NCBI RefSeq assembly: GCF_009914755.1
Contig: NC_060929.1
Strand: one strand, 5' to 3'
Origin: the human T2T-CHM13v2.0 reference genome, Homo sapiens
DNA: 64,000 nt
Below are positions 15,637-36,988 of this stretch, one piece after another. Position numbers and translations under genes: made by a program. Below the pieces are notes generated by a model. The model had not been told where the DNA came from, did not search any database, and was given only the letters and a program-made list of their open reading frames with translations. Position 1 is the stretch's first letter, and each line of letters opens with the position of its first letter.

Positions 15637-16294
15637 TACCCCAGGTTTATTTCTTACTCACACTGCATGTCCAACACAGGTCAGCATGAGTTTCTGTTCA
15701 CCCAGTGACTCAGGGACAGGGGCTGGTGGACCCTCCACCTTGACACATTTGCAAGATCACTGTGGCAAGGTGAAGCAAACTTGGGGACTCACACACTGGC
15801 TTATAGTTTCTACTGCTAACATTTCATGGTTAAAGTAATCACATGGATATGTCTAACCTCAAAGGGGACAGGACAGTATAATCCTACCTTGCGCCGGGAA
15901 GGAGGAGGAAAATGACTTCCACATGCCCCACAGTCCAGGGGGAGAGGCGTAAATAGGGTAAACCACAACTCTGATGGAGTTAAGTCCTTACTGTGTTACA
16001 GGAACACAGAGGAGAAGCAACTTTATTGGGAGGCCTAGGGGGGCCTTCATTGCCCAGGTGACCTGTGAGCCTAGCATGGAGATCAGGGGTTATTAAGTTG
16101 GGGTCCAAGGATCCATAATTGCATGGCTGGCCTTCAGGGACCCAAAACTTCCTGAAACTTCAAAATCTTGGATGTAGGTGAGTTTATGCATTTTCGCAAG
16201 AAGAAAGTCCTTAACTTTCATTATCTAAGACTTGGGCTGCCAGATGGTCACTACGTCTTTCTTCTGACTTTTGTCTTTCTATTATAGTGTACCA

Positions 16295-16470
16295 TATCTT
16301 AAAGTGCAATGCTCAAACCACCCGCAGCAGACAATCTAGACAGTTGTCAAAAATGCATAGCCCAAGGCCCAGCTCTGACCAACTGAATTGGAATCTCTGG
16401 GGGTGGTTCCAATCTGCATTTTAACAAGCTTCCCAGGTAGCCCTCATACATCTTGAAGTCTGTGGTTCTC
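16295..16470. mobile_element. MER5A-like hAT MITE
   Basis: aactgaattggaatctctgggggtgg...aatctgcattttaacaagcttcccaggt motif. Confidence 0.6.
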
Positions 16471-17474
16471 TCAGCCAGAGATAGCACTCTCCCAGCCCAG
16501 TTAGGCTGTGAAGAAAGCACAGAGAGAGCTGAGCCACACGGTTGAGAAGAATCCTCCAAGGCCAGAGAGCACTTTACAGTTTCCAGAGGGCCACCACCTC
16601 GTGCCTTATCCAACCTCACTGCAGAACGGTGGAGTGGAGGTGCCAGCTCTCCACTGGCACAAAAGAGGTGCTCAATGAATATCACCTAGCGAAATGACAG
16701 GAAATGAAAAGAGAGCCAAACAAGACAGGATGGCCTAAAAATGACATGCCCTGAAATCAGACCACCCTGAGTTCAAATTTCAGTCTTGCCAGTTCCTAGT
16801 TGGGTAATCTCGGACAAGTTACCCTACCTCTCAGGACCTCAGCTTCCTTGTCTGTCATCAGGAATGTGTCTTTCTTCCCTCTAGGACTGTGTTGGCACAC
16901 AGCACAGCTTCTCTAAAGGTCACCAGAAGGATCCTAAGTGCTTTAATAATTCTCGTGTCAGGCCTCCTCAACTCCATTCTAGAGGTGAGGGGAGGGAGTC
17001 CTGGAGATGGCTCCCCTAGAAGCACTAGAAGCATGATTCATGCCCTGGCAAAGCCCGTCCCCACCAAGCCCTGGGTCTTGTCCTCGTCTTCCCAGAGTCA
17101 TGCTGGCCAGAGCTGAGACTCCATGCTATCATGTGAGCAGTCAGCCCTAGACACTCACATTCACCCCTGCCAGGAAAAGGGGATTCCTTTGTCCCTGATA
17201 ACTCCTGGGGACCCACCCTGGCACAGGTAGGCAGACCCCCAGGAGGCAAGGCTGATGGTTAAATCAGGGGTTCCAGCCCACCTGTGCTGAAGAAGAACCT
17301 GGAAAGTGTGTTCAATGCCCAAATTTCTGGTCCCACCCCTGGCAATTCTCATTCTGCAGCTTTGGATTAGAGCCCAGGGATGGCATTTTAACAAATTCCC
17401 AGGGATTCTGATCTTCAGCCAGATCCCGGAGCCGCTGCTCTGACCTCCAGGTGGTTTAGAATGTGTGGTTTGGG

Positions 17475-17878
17475 GGCCAGGCGCAGTGGCTCATGCCTGT
17501 AATCCCAGCACTTTGGGAGGCTGAGGCAGGCAGATCACCTGAGGTCAGGAGTTCAAGACCAGCCTGGCCAACATGTAAGACCCCGTCTCTACTGAAAATT
17601 CAAAAATTAGCTGGGCGTGGTGGCAGGCGCTGGTAATCCCAGCTACTGGAGAGGCTGAGACAAGAGGATTCCTTTATTTTCTTTTTTTAATTTTTTGAGA
17701 CGGAGTCTCACTCTGTCACCCAGGCTGGAGTGCAGAGGCGTGATCTCGGTTCACAGCAAAAGGAGGATTGTTTTAACCCAGGAGGCAGAGGTTGCGGTGA
17801 GCCAAAACTGCACCATTGCACTCCAGCCTGGGCAACAAGAGCAAAACTCTGTCTCAAAAAAAAAAAAAAAAAAAAAAA
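17475..17878 (+). mobile_element. AluS carrying an internal antisense Alu fragment (17671-17758)
   Basis: The host has the TSD AATGTGTGGTTTGG; its right arm is interrupted by an inverted Alu 3' end. Confidence 0.9.
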
Positions 17879-20012
17879 CAATGTGTGGTTTGGAATGTCT
17901 GGTAGGCAGATGGAATCCTGGCCACCCAGGATCCTGTCCCCAACAGGGATGCTGCTTCATGCTAAGCCCTTTCCCTCTGCAGGTTGCCACCAGCCCGCCC
18001 ATCTCCACCATGCCCTATGCTACCCTTCCTTGTGGCCTGAGCCTGGTGGTGGGAGCAGGTCTGCAAGGAGAAGGCACAACTGGATTTTTAGATGGATTGG
18101 GTGGTAGAATGAGTTCTGGGCTGGGGGATAAGAAATCCCAGCAGAAACCCTTCTGTTTTCTATATCCCTTTCAGGCTCTCAGAGCCTCAACTTCCTCATC
18201 TGTATACAGGGCTTATTCCCCTGATGGAAAATTAGAGATGGACACTTACCATGGAGCTAGTGAAGCTTAGGTCTCAGGGGACCTCATGTACACATGGCTC
18301 TTCTAAAGCCCTGCACCTAATTTTGTTTTCTCTTCCTTAAACAGGGGCCCATAAAATCCACACCAGGCCCTGACTGTAAGAGTGGCTATGAAAATGCCAA
18401 ATGAGGGATAAAACCAGAGGGCTTTCACCTAGGGAACTCACCACCTCCAAAAGGGGAAGAGAGCCCTCCTAAGGTGCTCCTGGAGCTCCCCTCCTCACCA
18501 GCTTTGGTTTCTCCACTTTCCTACCGGATGAGTCCTGCCTCTTCCTGCCTGGGAGTTTATCAGCAGGGAGTGGCAGGGCCTGCTAATCAGGGGCTGCTCC
18601 AGGCCCCCGGGATTAACCCTGCAGACCCTGGGCCAGGGTCAGCAGCCCCGGCTACCAGTTATGCTCCCGGGTTCTCATCTGTGGATTAGATTGCTGGGGA
18701 GGGAGGAAGGGGAACTTTAGGGAGGGACTCACTGGCAGCCAGAGAGATTAAAACTAAATGAGAATACCTCACTCTCCTACTTAGAACCCTTCAGGGGGCT
18801 GCCTCTGCGTCTAAAATGAAACCCAGACCTTGCCCCACCCATCGGGCCCTGCCCTCCTCTTTGATCTCAGCCCTGGCTGTGGGGTGCTCCAGCTTCGCCT
18901 GCCTGCCTTCCTTCCCTTTCAGACCCCTTCCCTCCTCATTTGCTCTTGCCCTGAGACTTTGGCACTGGCTCTTCCTGTGCCTGGAAACTCCTTCCCAGAT
19001 CTTCAAAAGGCACCTCCTGCAGGTCTCTTCTCAAACGTCACATCCCAGAGATGCCTTCCCTGGCCACATTTCTAAGGTCTTCCCCTACCCACCCCACTGT
19101 GCCACTCTCATTTTTCCCTGTTTAATTTTATAATCAGAGGCTGACATTCATATCTATTTTCTGCTATTCATCTGCCTCTCCCATGAAGAAGTGAGCTGAG
19201 ATTCTCTCCTCAGCGCTTCAGACAGAGCCTGGTGCATAGAGGGGGGCTCAGTAGTAATTTGTGGAAGGAAAGGATGAGGGTGGTAGATCTGTGAAACCAC
19301 CCTCCTGGGCTCTCGGCCAGGGTTGGGGTTGGGGGATAGAGGGTGGTTAAGCCAGGATCCCTGCCCAAGGAGCCATGTTCTTCCTATTGTGAGAGAGCAG
19401 ATTGCGTAGGTGGGTTTGGAAAGAGAAGCAACACTGCTGGTTTCAGCTGCAAGCCCAGAGCTGGTTTGGACAAGGTGGTTCCCTGCCTGCCTGTGTTAGA
19501 ACCCTCAGAAAACTTGTTACAGAGATGGCTGCTTGACCTGCCCCTCCGGTGGAAGGGAAGGCTTCCCAGAGGAGCTGGGCTGGGACATTGGTAATCAGGT
19601 ACACCTGCCAGGGCAAGGAACTACAAGATCATGAGAAGACAACAGACGGTCTGGCTGTGGAGGGCTGGGAGCAGCAGGGCACCTCCTCTCCTCCCCAAGC
19701 CCAAGACTCCCAGGTGGGTTATGCTGAAGACCAGGGAGGCCCGAAATGGAGGAGCCTTGGGCTGGCTTCAGACCCCTGCTGGTCCTGCCAGCACCACCTG
19801 CGGCAGCAGGTGCAGGTCTGCCCTCAGCTCCTACCAAGCAGGGTCAGAGACCCCTCCTAGCATGCCTCCAGAACACTCTCAGGGAGACCGGGCCAACCCT
19901 CAGCCCTTCTTCCCCTTCCCTGCAGCAAGAGCCCTGTTTCGCGCACTCTGAACTGGGCTTGGGCCATGTTCCTGCCACACACAAACTGGGTGACCATAAG
20001 AAAGCTACTTAC

Positions 20013-20327
<315 letters not shown>

Positions 20328-20374
20328 TTATGGGATAATAAACAAGACCATGGGAGGGTTGAACAACTTCATCG

Positions 20375-21480
20375 TGAAAGGCCCGAGCACATGGTCCTGA
20401 GCACGGCGAGACGCCTAAGTGCAACTGCGATGTTTGTCCTCTTTCCCCAGAACCCAAAGCGCCCGGGCCTGCGTAGCCCTGGCCTCCAGCGTCACCTGCT
20501 GGTCCAGTGGGAGAATGTCGCACCCTGCCGTCCTGGGGTGAAGGACTCCAGAGCCCCGAGTGCCAGCCTCAGCCCTGCCCCGACTCCCTCCCTGCAGCAC
20601 GCGGGACGAGCCCCAACCCCAACCCCCGCCGCCGCGGGCCGGACCTTCGCATCCGTAACTTCGACACGGCAGTCTCCCTCTGCCCATTAGCATGGTTTGG
20701 AGGCTTCCAGAGAGCCGGGGGAGCCAGGAAATAAATCCCTTCTGTGAGGGACGGGACCGGCTCAGCCACGGCAGCTGGCCACGCTGCGTCCCCCGTGGAG
20801 GAGCTGTCACTGGGCGAGTGGACCCTGAGCCTGGGACCCAGTCCCTCGGGGTTCAAGACGAGTTCCAGGCTCGGCCTTGTTCCTCACCAAAGCAAAACCC
20901 ACAGCTGCCTGCTCCACCACCGGGCGCCCACGGCGCAGGGCAGAGCAGGTGCTCCGATCCCCGTTTCACCTGCCGGGCGCACACACTCCCGGGCCCATAC
21001 CCACGCCCACGCGCCCAGCAAGTTCCTGGGGTTTTTTGTTTTGTTTTGTTTTCTGGCTTCATTTGTTTAATGTTTCTCCCCTCAATCCTCCCCATCCCCT
21101 CACCGTCAGCTCCTGGAGGGAGGACAGAGCCTGGACTGCGTGCCCCATCCCCCGGATTCCAAGCACCTGGCACACGACTATGTGTTAAATAAATAAAATA
21201 AATAAATACTGTTTAAAAATGAAAATGAAATGTATTAAATTAATAAAATAGAACATTTCTAGCGACACACACAGGCACGCCAATCTCAGTCACACTCGCC
21301 CCAGGCACAGACACTGTCACTATGATTTGCCATCCCCGCCTCCCCACGCTGGAGAGCAGCGCCCTCACAGAAGGGCCGAGCCGCGGACGGGCCACACACC
21401 CGCGTGTACACACAGTCCGAGAACGCACACACGTACACACACACATGCGCAAGGCACGGCCTGGCCTTCAGGCACAGAGA
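20375..21480. promoter_or_regulatory. Orphan CpG-rich island-like region
   Basis: High GC with dense non-Alu CpGs (e.g. cccgccgccgcgggccggaccttcgcatccg; ccgagccgcggacgggcc); no coding exon seen. Confidence 0.7.
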
Positions 21481-22219
21481 GCCCATCCGGTTTCCCACTC
21501 AGCTCCCACAACTTCCCCCACACTTTGGTACTAAGGGCTCAGCTGGGTCCTTTTGAAGCCACCAAGGGAGGGAGTTGGGAAGGGCCCCAGTGACAAACAG
21601 TGGGGAGCAAGAATTTTACGAACTTAAGGGCTGTAAGTTTCGGCCAGCAAATCCCCGCCCCTGTCCGTCCGCCCCGCCTTCCTTCTCACGAGGAGGGGGG
21701 CGTATCTTCCCACCCTCTGCTCATCCCCACCCTTCTCAAACTAATCAGCCAGTTCAAATGGTACCCTTCACCTATGATCACACCACTGTCATCGACGCCA
21801 CCACCACTTAGATTGCCAGTGTTTGAATCCTAGCTCTGCTCTGAACAGTAAGTGCCCTTAGACAAGCGACCTCTGTGTCTTCCACTGCGAAATGGGAATA
21901 ATAATAGTACTTACTCCTGGGAGAAGATGTGAGAATGAAGAGATAATGCACTAAAGCCCGGGGCCGCTATGCCTGGTCATTGTTAAATATTCATAAAATG
22001 GGAAGTATAGTTATTATAGGGTCTTTAAAATGATTATTCTTAGGATGCTATTTAAACTTAAAATAGCAGAGTTGGACAGGTTTTTAGAGACCTGTATTCC
22101 AGCTCTGTCTTTGTAAGCTGGAGAAAAAGAAGTCTAGAGAGTCGCTTGCTCAAAATCACACTGCCAGTCAGTGGTAGAACCACGTCAAAAGTTCAGATCT
22201 CCTAGGTGAGGAGTTGTTA

Positions 22220-24605
<2,386 letters not shown>

Positions 24606-25114
24606 AGAAGAATTCAGATCTCCAGGATCCCAGCCCAGCATGCTTGTCACTGCACCCTCTCCAGGCGCTGTGTGATCTGTGGGCCAAAGCTCCGCCAGTG
24701 ATTCTTAAGCTTATCTGGGTTTAGAAATCCTTTCCAAGAAAGCTGAGGCTCAGAGAGGGAGAGGAACTCACCCAAGGTCACACAGCCAGTTCATGAGAAA
24801 GCTAGGATGAGCTCTTCAATCTTCTGACTCACAACCTGAGCTTTTTGCATGTCACCATGCTTCATCATTCACCTTTATGTTTCCTTGGAAATAATTGTTG
24901 GTTTATTAATCACATTTAGGTGGTAAAAATGTGATGTAGCATAGTGATGCTTCCTCCCCTGGCCAATATTCAGGGAACCACCCAGCGCACAGGAGGAAAG
25001 CCTGGGTGAAAATCACAGCTCCGCCTCCTGCAGCCCTGTGACCTCAGACAAGTGTTGTGACTGCTCTGAGCTTCAACTCCTCCAATTGTGAGATAGAGAT
25101 AGAAATACCAATAC

Positions 25115-25399
<285 letters not shown>

Positions 25400-25775
25400 T
25401 CAGGAATGCTAAATAAGATAAACCATAGATAGCACCTAAGTACCGGGCTCATCATATGTCCTCAATAAATAAATGATAGCTATTTTTATTACTCCTATTA
25501 ACTACCCAGGGACTCAGACTGAACCACTATGCAGCATGACAACAGTGGCTCAAATAAAACCATGAAAACCACTCCCTGATCCTGTGATATCAATGGGACT
25601 GTGAGTGTGCCACAGTAGGAACTTTGATACAAGGAGTGTGTTTAGGAAAGCAAGGACAGAGTACGGGGGTCCAGGAGTACCCCATTTCAACCACTGACTG
25701 CCTTGTAGCCTTTGGCAAGTCCCTGCTTTTCTCTGGGTCCCAGTCTCATCCTACTGATGGAATTGAACTAAATGA

Positions 25776-27909
<2,134 letters not shown>

Positions 27910-29439
27910 AAAAGTCAGTGTGCCTAAGGAGTTTGTCAAAATGCTAATCCCCAGGCCCACCATGGATTCTGGAGCAAGGTGTGGAAATCTGCAGTTTAAA
28001 CTCACATACACCCAGGGGTACACTTTAGAAAGAGCTAGGCTTGTGCTCCCTGACACCATGTGCAATCACCCTTCTGGGCCTTTGCACAAGCTGTTCGTTC
28101 CACTGCTTAGAACATTTTTATCCAGATCTCTATCTGGTTAACGGTACTCATTCTTCAAAATCCAGCTCAGAGTCCCTTCCTCCAGCCTTCCCTGATTTCT
28201 ACTTCCTCCAACTGGATTGGGCACCCGCAGCACTCTAGGCTTCCCCTTCTTTCTTAGCATATATACCACATCATGGTGATTGTTCTTTTAAAATTATGCA
28301 CACATTTTCACTGTAAAAACTGAAAACATGGCAATGGATCACTAGTCCCCTTTACAACCTGCCCCCCTGTTTAATGTAATTTCTTCCAGACACATTTCAG
28401 TGCATTTACAAATATATCCCTGGTATACCTAAAAGCTAGGATACTGTTTGTGGAATTTTATTTTGCATAACTGGTATCATCCTTGCTTTTTCCCTCATAG
28501 CATGCATAGGAGACCTGTCTGCATCAGCACCCACCGTGTTCTAATTACCGCACAGCATACCAGAGTGGGCCCATACCCCCCGCAGACTTATCCACCCCTC
28601 TCTGAATGGACATCTTCCCTTCACTATTGTGTTTTATATCTCCACCTTTCTCCCTCTACTGTCAGCTGTTTGAACAGAATAACAGGTTCCAGAGTCACTG
28701 CCTGAGTTCAAATTGCAACTGCCATAGGCAAGTTCCCACTCTCTCTGTCTCATCTGTGAAATGAGGGCAATGATAATTGAGACCTCACAGGTCTGCTCTG
28801 AGTTACAACAAACAAGCACTTAGCACAGTTTCCTGGTACATAGTCAGTGCTCAATAAATGTTTGTTAGATGAATCAGCAGATGGATGTGGGCAGAAAGCA
28901 AGTCCCATTGCATCCCCCAGAGCATAATGGCCCTAAAGAATAATGTAAAGTGCCATGGTTAGGAGAGGTTAGGCAATGGCTGGCTTTAGAATGCCTGTGT
29001 TCTCCACAAGCTAAGAAGCACTGGAAGCTGGATTAGCAGGGAGTTCCTTGTGGTCAACAAGGAGATCTGTATGGCAGGTTTGCCACTGGCTTCTGTAAAG
29101 CCCACAGCATAGTCACATGGAGTAAAGTCAGGGGACCAGAATTTGCCTAATGGTAAAAAGTCCAGCCTTGGAATCAGACAAAGAACCAAACAGAACTGGG
29201 TTCAAGTCCAGTTATGCTGTTTGCTAGATGCATTGACCTTGGGAAACTCCCTTAAGCTCCCTGAGCCTCAGCTTCCTCCTGTGTAAAGTGGGCAAGTGCT
29301 GATGTATGTTTGGAAGGACGTTATAAGGATAATGTGTAAACAGCTTGCCTTGGTGCCTGGGGTATTGATGTTGCTCAATTAATACTAGCTGGAGTGGTGA
29401 TGGTGATGACGAAACAATGAAGAAGGAGGGTCGGGGAGG

Positions 29440-30990
<1,551 letters not shown>

Positions 30991-31096
30991 TCCACAGAGT
31001 AAATTTTGTTATAAAGTTCCATGTTCTGACCCACTGTGCAACTGCCAGCTTACGTGCAACCCTAGGTAAAGCAAATAGATACATAGAGATAGCTGG

Positions 31097-31460
31097 TGTA
31101 TTAGTCTGTTTTCACGCTGCTTATAAAGACATACTGAGACTATGTAATATGTAAAGAAAAAGAGGTTTAATGGACTTACAGTTCCACATGGCTGGGGAGG
31201 CCTCACAATCATGGCAGAAGGCAAAAGACGTGTCTTACATGGCAGCAGTCAAGAGAGAATAACAGAACTTGTGCAGGGAAACTCTCCTTTATAAAACCAT
31301 CAGATCTCGTGAGATTTATTCACTATCATGAGAGCAGCACAGGAAAGACCTGGCCCCATGGTTCAGTTACCTCCCACCGGGTCCCTACCACAACATGTGG
31401 GAATTGTGGGAGCTACAGTTCAAGATGAGATTTGGGTGGGGACACAGCCAAACCATATCA
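31097..31460 (-). mobile_element. THE1 (B/C) solo LTR
   Basis: tgtattagtctgttttcacgctgc...gggacacagccaaaccatatca, 364 bp, with a perfect 5-bp TSD GCTGG (31092-96, 31461-65). Confidence 0.93.
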
Positions 31461-31967
31461 GCTGGTTACTTTAGAATAAAATAAGTTCAGTGTTTCACAT
31501 TTTCCATCCTTTTCTTACTTGTTGAAACCCCATTTCACATGGTCTTGGGAAGCAGAATTTATTCCAGCAAATCACCATAAGACACGAACTTTCACATGTG
31601 CTTTCAGCAGCTGAGGCATCCTGGCCCTGGAGTAGCCCTTTCATGAGTCTTTCTCCACAAAGTGCCCTCCCCAGCTACTCCTGAGCGAGGAAGCTGTCTC
31701 TCTCTGCTTCTGGGGGTATCATGGGAATCATGAAAAGGAATAACTTTGGAACCAATAGTGCTTGGTTTAAAACTCTATTCTGCTACTCACTTGCTGTGTG
31801 ATCTTGGATGAGTTACTTGTCTCTCTGGTCTTCATCACTTCCACTACTAAAATAAAAAAGGAGACAATATTATCTGTCTCAGGATATTTTGACATAAATT
31901 ATATATGATGCTAGTACAGAGTAAGTCCTCAAGAAATGGTAATTATTGTTATTAATAATAGCAAAAT

Positions 31968-32722
<755 letters not shown>

Positions 32723-32769
32723 GCAAAACATTTAGCACAGTGCCTTGCATAGAACAAGCAAGCACTGAA

Positions 32770-33300
32770 TAAATATTTGTTGAAATTTTGTAAGTTCAAG
32801 TCAATGTCATGAAAATGAGGTGGGGGGAAACTGTGGTATATTTTTAAACACTTTTTAAAAGATTTAAAACAAATAACAAATCAATGCAAAGAGTAGACTT
32901 TGTTTGGACCTTCATTACTATAAGCCAACTGTAAACACAGATTTTTTTGGCATTCTGAAAATTCTAATTTGACTTGAGTATCAGGTGACAATAAGGAACT
33001 TTTAATTTTGGTAAGTGTAATAATCACTTTGTGACTAGATTATGCAAGAAATTATTTCTCTGTTTTTTGAAATGCATACTGATGACTCTGGAGGTGACAG
33101 ACACTGTGTCTGAGATTTGCTTTACAATACCCTCCCCTAAAAAAACAGAAAATTAAAGATGGGTAAGGTTAGATGAAGTAAGTATGGCAAAACGTTGATG
33201 CTTATTGAAGTTGGGTAATGGACACACGGATGTCAGTTGCACTCTGTACTTTTGTGTATGTTTGGAAATGTTCACAATTTCAAAAAAAAACTTAAAAACA
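32770..33300 (+). mobile_element. L1MC-like 3'UTR fragment
   Basis: gaaatgcatactga...gtctgagatttgctttacaatac...tttgtgtatgtttggaaatgttcacaat plus an A-tail. Confidence 0.65.
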
Positions 33301-33318
33301 ACAACAACAAAAAAATGA

Positions 33319-33673
<355 letters not shown>

Positions 33674-35356
33674 TTAGGCACAGGCTTGATGGTGAGTTAA
33701 ACAGTCCATGATGCAGCTAAATTGGGGGTCTCAACCATGATGCCTCCTGGGCACAGGGGTCTCCTGGCAGGGACAATTTCCCATCTGGAGCCACACAGAC
33801 TGAGGGAAGACCCCACGGACCCCCCACCCCACCATGCCCACTTTGACACACACAAAACTGGCCCCAGGACTAGTAGCAAACCACAGCTGCTTCTGACACA
33901 ACCCCTAATTAGAGGAGGCCTGGTTGGGATTAAACTTATTAAGTACATTATTAATTCAGGCTGGAGACCCATCATGATGTGGCTGTTTATGACGACATCT
34001 AGAATTTGTGGTCACTTCAGAAGTGCCCACCATTTGAGAAGTCTGCCATGAACTTCGGGAGGTTCCTTGAGGTCACTGGGATCTCTTGGCTGCCCCTGGA
34101 GAGCTCCTGGTTGGATCAAAAGGAAGGAACACAGCAGGGTGGGAATGTGCACTGGGTGGGGAGTCAGGAGCCCCAAGCTCCACTCCTGACCCTGTAGCCT
34201 CTTTGGCAACGACCGCAGATAAGGCACTCAGGCAGGGTTAGAGGAGGACCTCTGGAGTTGCACAGACCAGGCACAGAACTGGTGCCAATTATGGGAGAAC
34301 CAAAATACGTCCAAGCTCTTTCACTCACCTACTTTGCCCATCTAAGCCTTGGTTTCCTCGTCTACCAAATGGGGAGGTGGACCTTCCTGAGATCCAACTG
34401 CATGCCACCTCCCTGACCTCCCTAAGGGGGTCCCACTCATTCACTCACTGCCCCCACACTTTGCCCAGTTTGCAATCACACAATTATTTGTTTACTTGCT
34501 TATTCCCCCTGTCCCTCTCCAGCCATCCCCACCCCCAACTCTCAGCTCTAGTGGTTGCGCTCTATTTTATCCCCATTCTATCCCTGGCACGCAGCCCTGT
34601 GCCTGACAAAGTAGGCCTTCAATAAATATTTATTGGATGGAACCATGAACAGGTCTTGGCCCTGTGTTGACACTTAGTAAGTGCTCAATAAATTACAGTA
34701 TGAATATGATCATTATTATTATCATTTCTAAGTTTCAGTTTCTTCTCTGAAATATGAAGTTGCTCTTACTTACACCTCCAGATTTGCAATAGCCTTGGTG
34801 AGCCAAGACATAATGCAAAGAATTACTGGCACTCCTTGCCTGGAATGCCAAGCCAATGCCAGTGAGCTGTCAGGCTGTAGGGGAAAATGGGTGCAGGGCC
34901 ACAACCTAGGCACAGCAGGGGAGGCATCTCTGTGAGATGATGGGCATGGTCTTTCTTTGCTTTGCTTTTCATTCTTCATGCAAGGGTTATGACTTTTATC
35001 TGTTGCACAACAAATAAAAGGGAATTTTCAAGAATCTTCTAACCGTTCTGGCCTGGGTCTGACAATTGTGGCTTCCCCCTCTGGAATGCTACATGAAGAC
35101 ACTCAGGAAAGAGCACTGAAGTGAAGGGGAGTCCTCAGCTATGATTATGAGGACACCTACACACTCCTGGGTAGAGTACAGAAGACAAGGCATTCCCAAG
35201 GCTGTGGGAGGCAAAAATCAGTGGGGATGATGGAACAAAATGCTAGTGTTTATCTCCATCATCCAAGATCTATTCTCTCCTTCTACCTTAGCAACAGAAC
35301 AGAATTGTCAACGTGCCCAGTTGAAAACTGAATTTCCCAGTCATCTTTGCGCATAG

Positions 35357-35750
<394 letters not shown>

Positions 35751-36031
35751 TGATGGTGCTTTTTTTGATTTTCTCCTCCTTCTTGTACATAATGCTAGAG
35801 CTCAGATGCAACGGCTGGAGCTCCAACAGCTATCTTGGGCCATGAGGTGACCTCAAGAATAGAAGCCATGTACTAAAGATGGCAGAGCAGAAGCAGCCTA
35901 GGCTCTGGATGATATCATGGAGCAGCCATCCCCGTCATAGACTGTCTAGCTGCAGGTTCTCAGGATAGGAGAAATTTGAAACTCAAATGTGTTGGAACAA
36001 CATTAGTCAGATTTGTGTAATTGGAAGCTCA

Positions 36032-36988
<957 letters not shown>

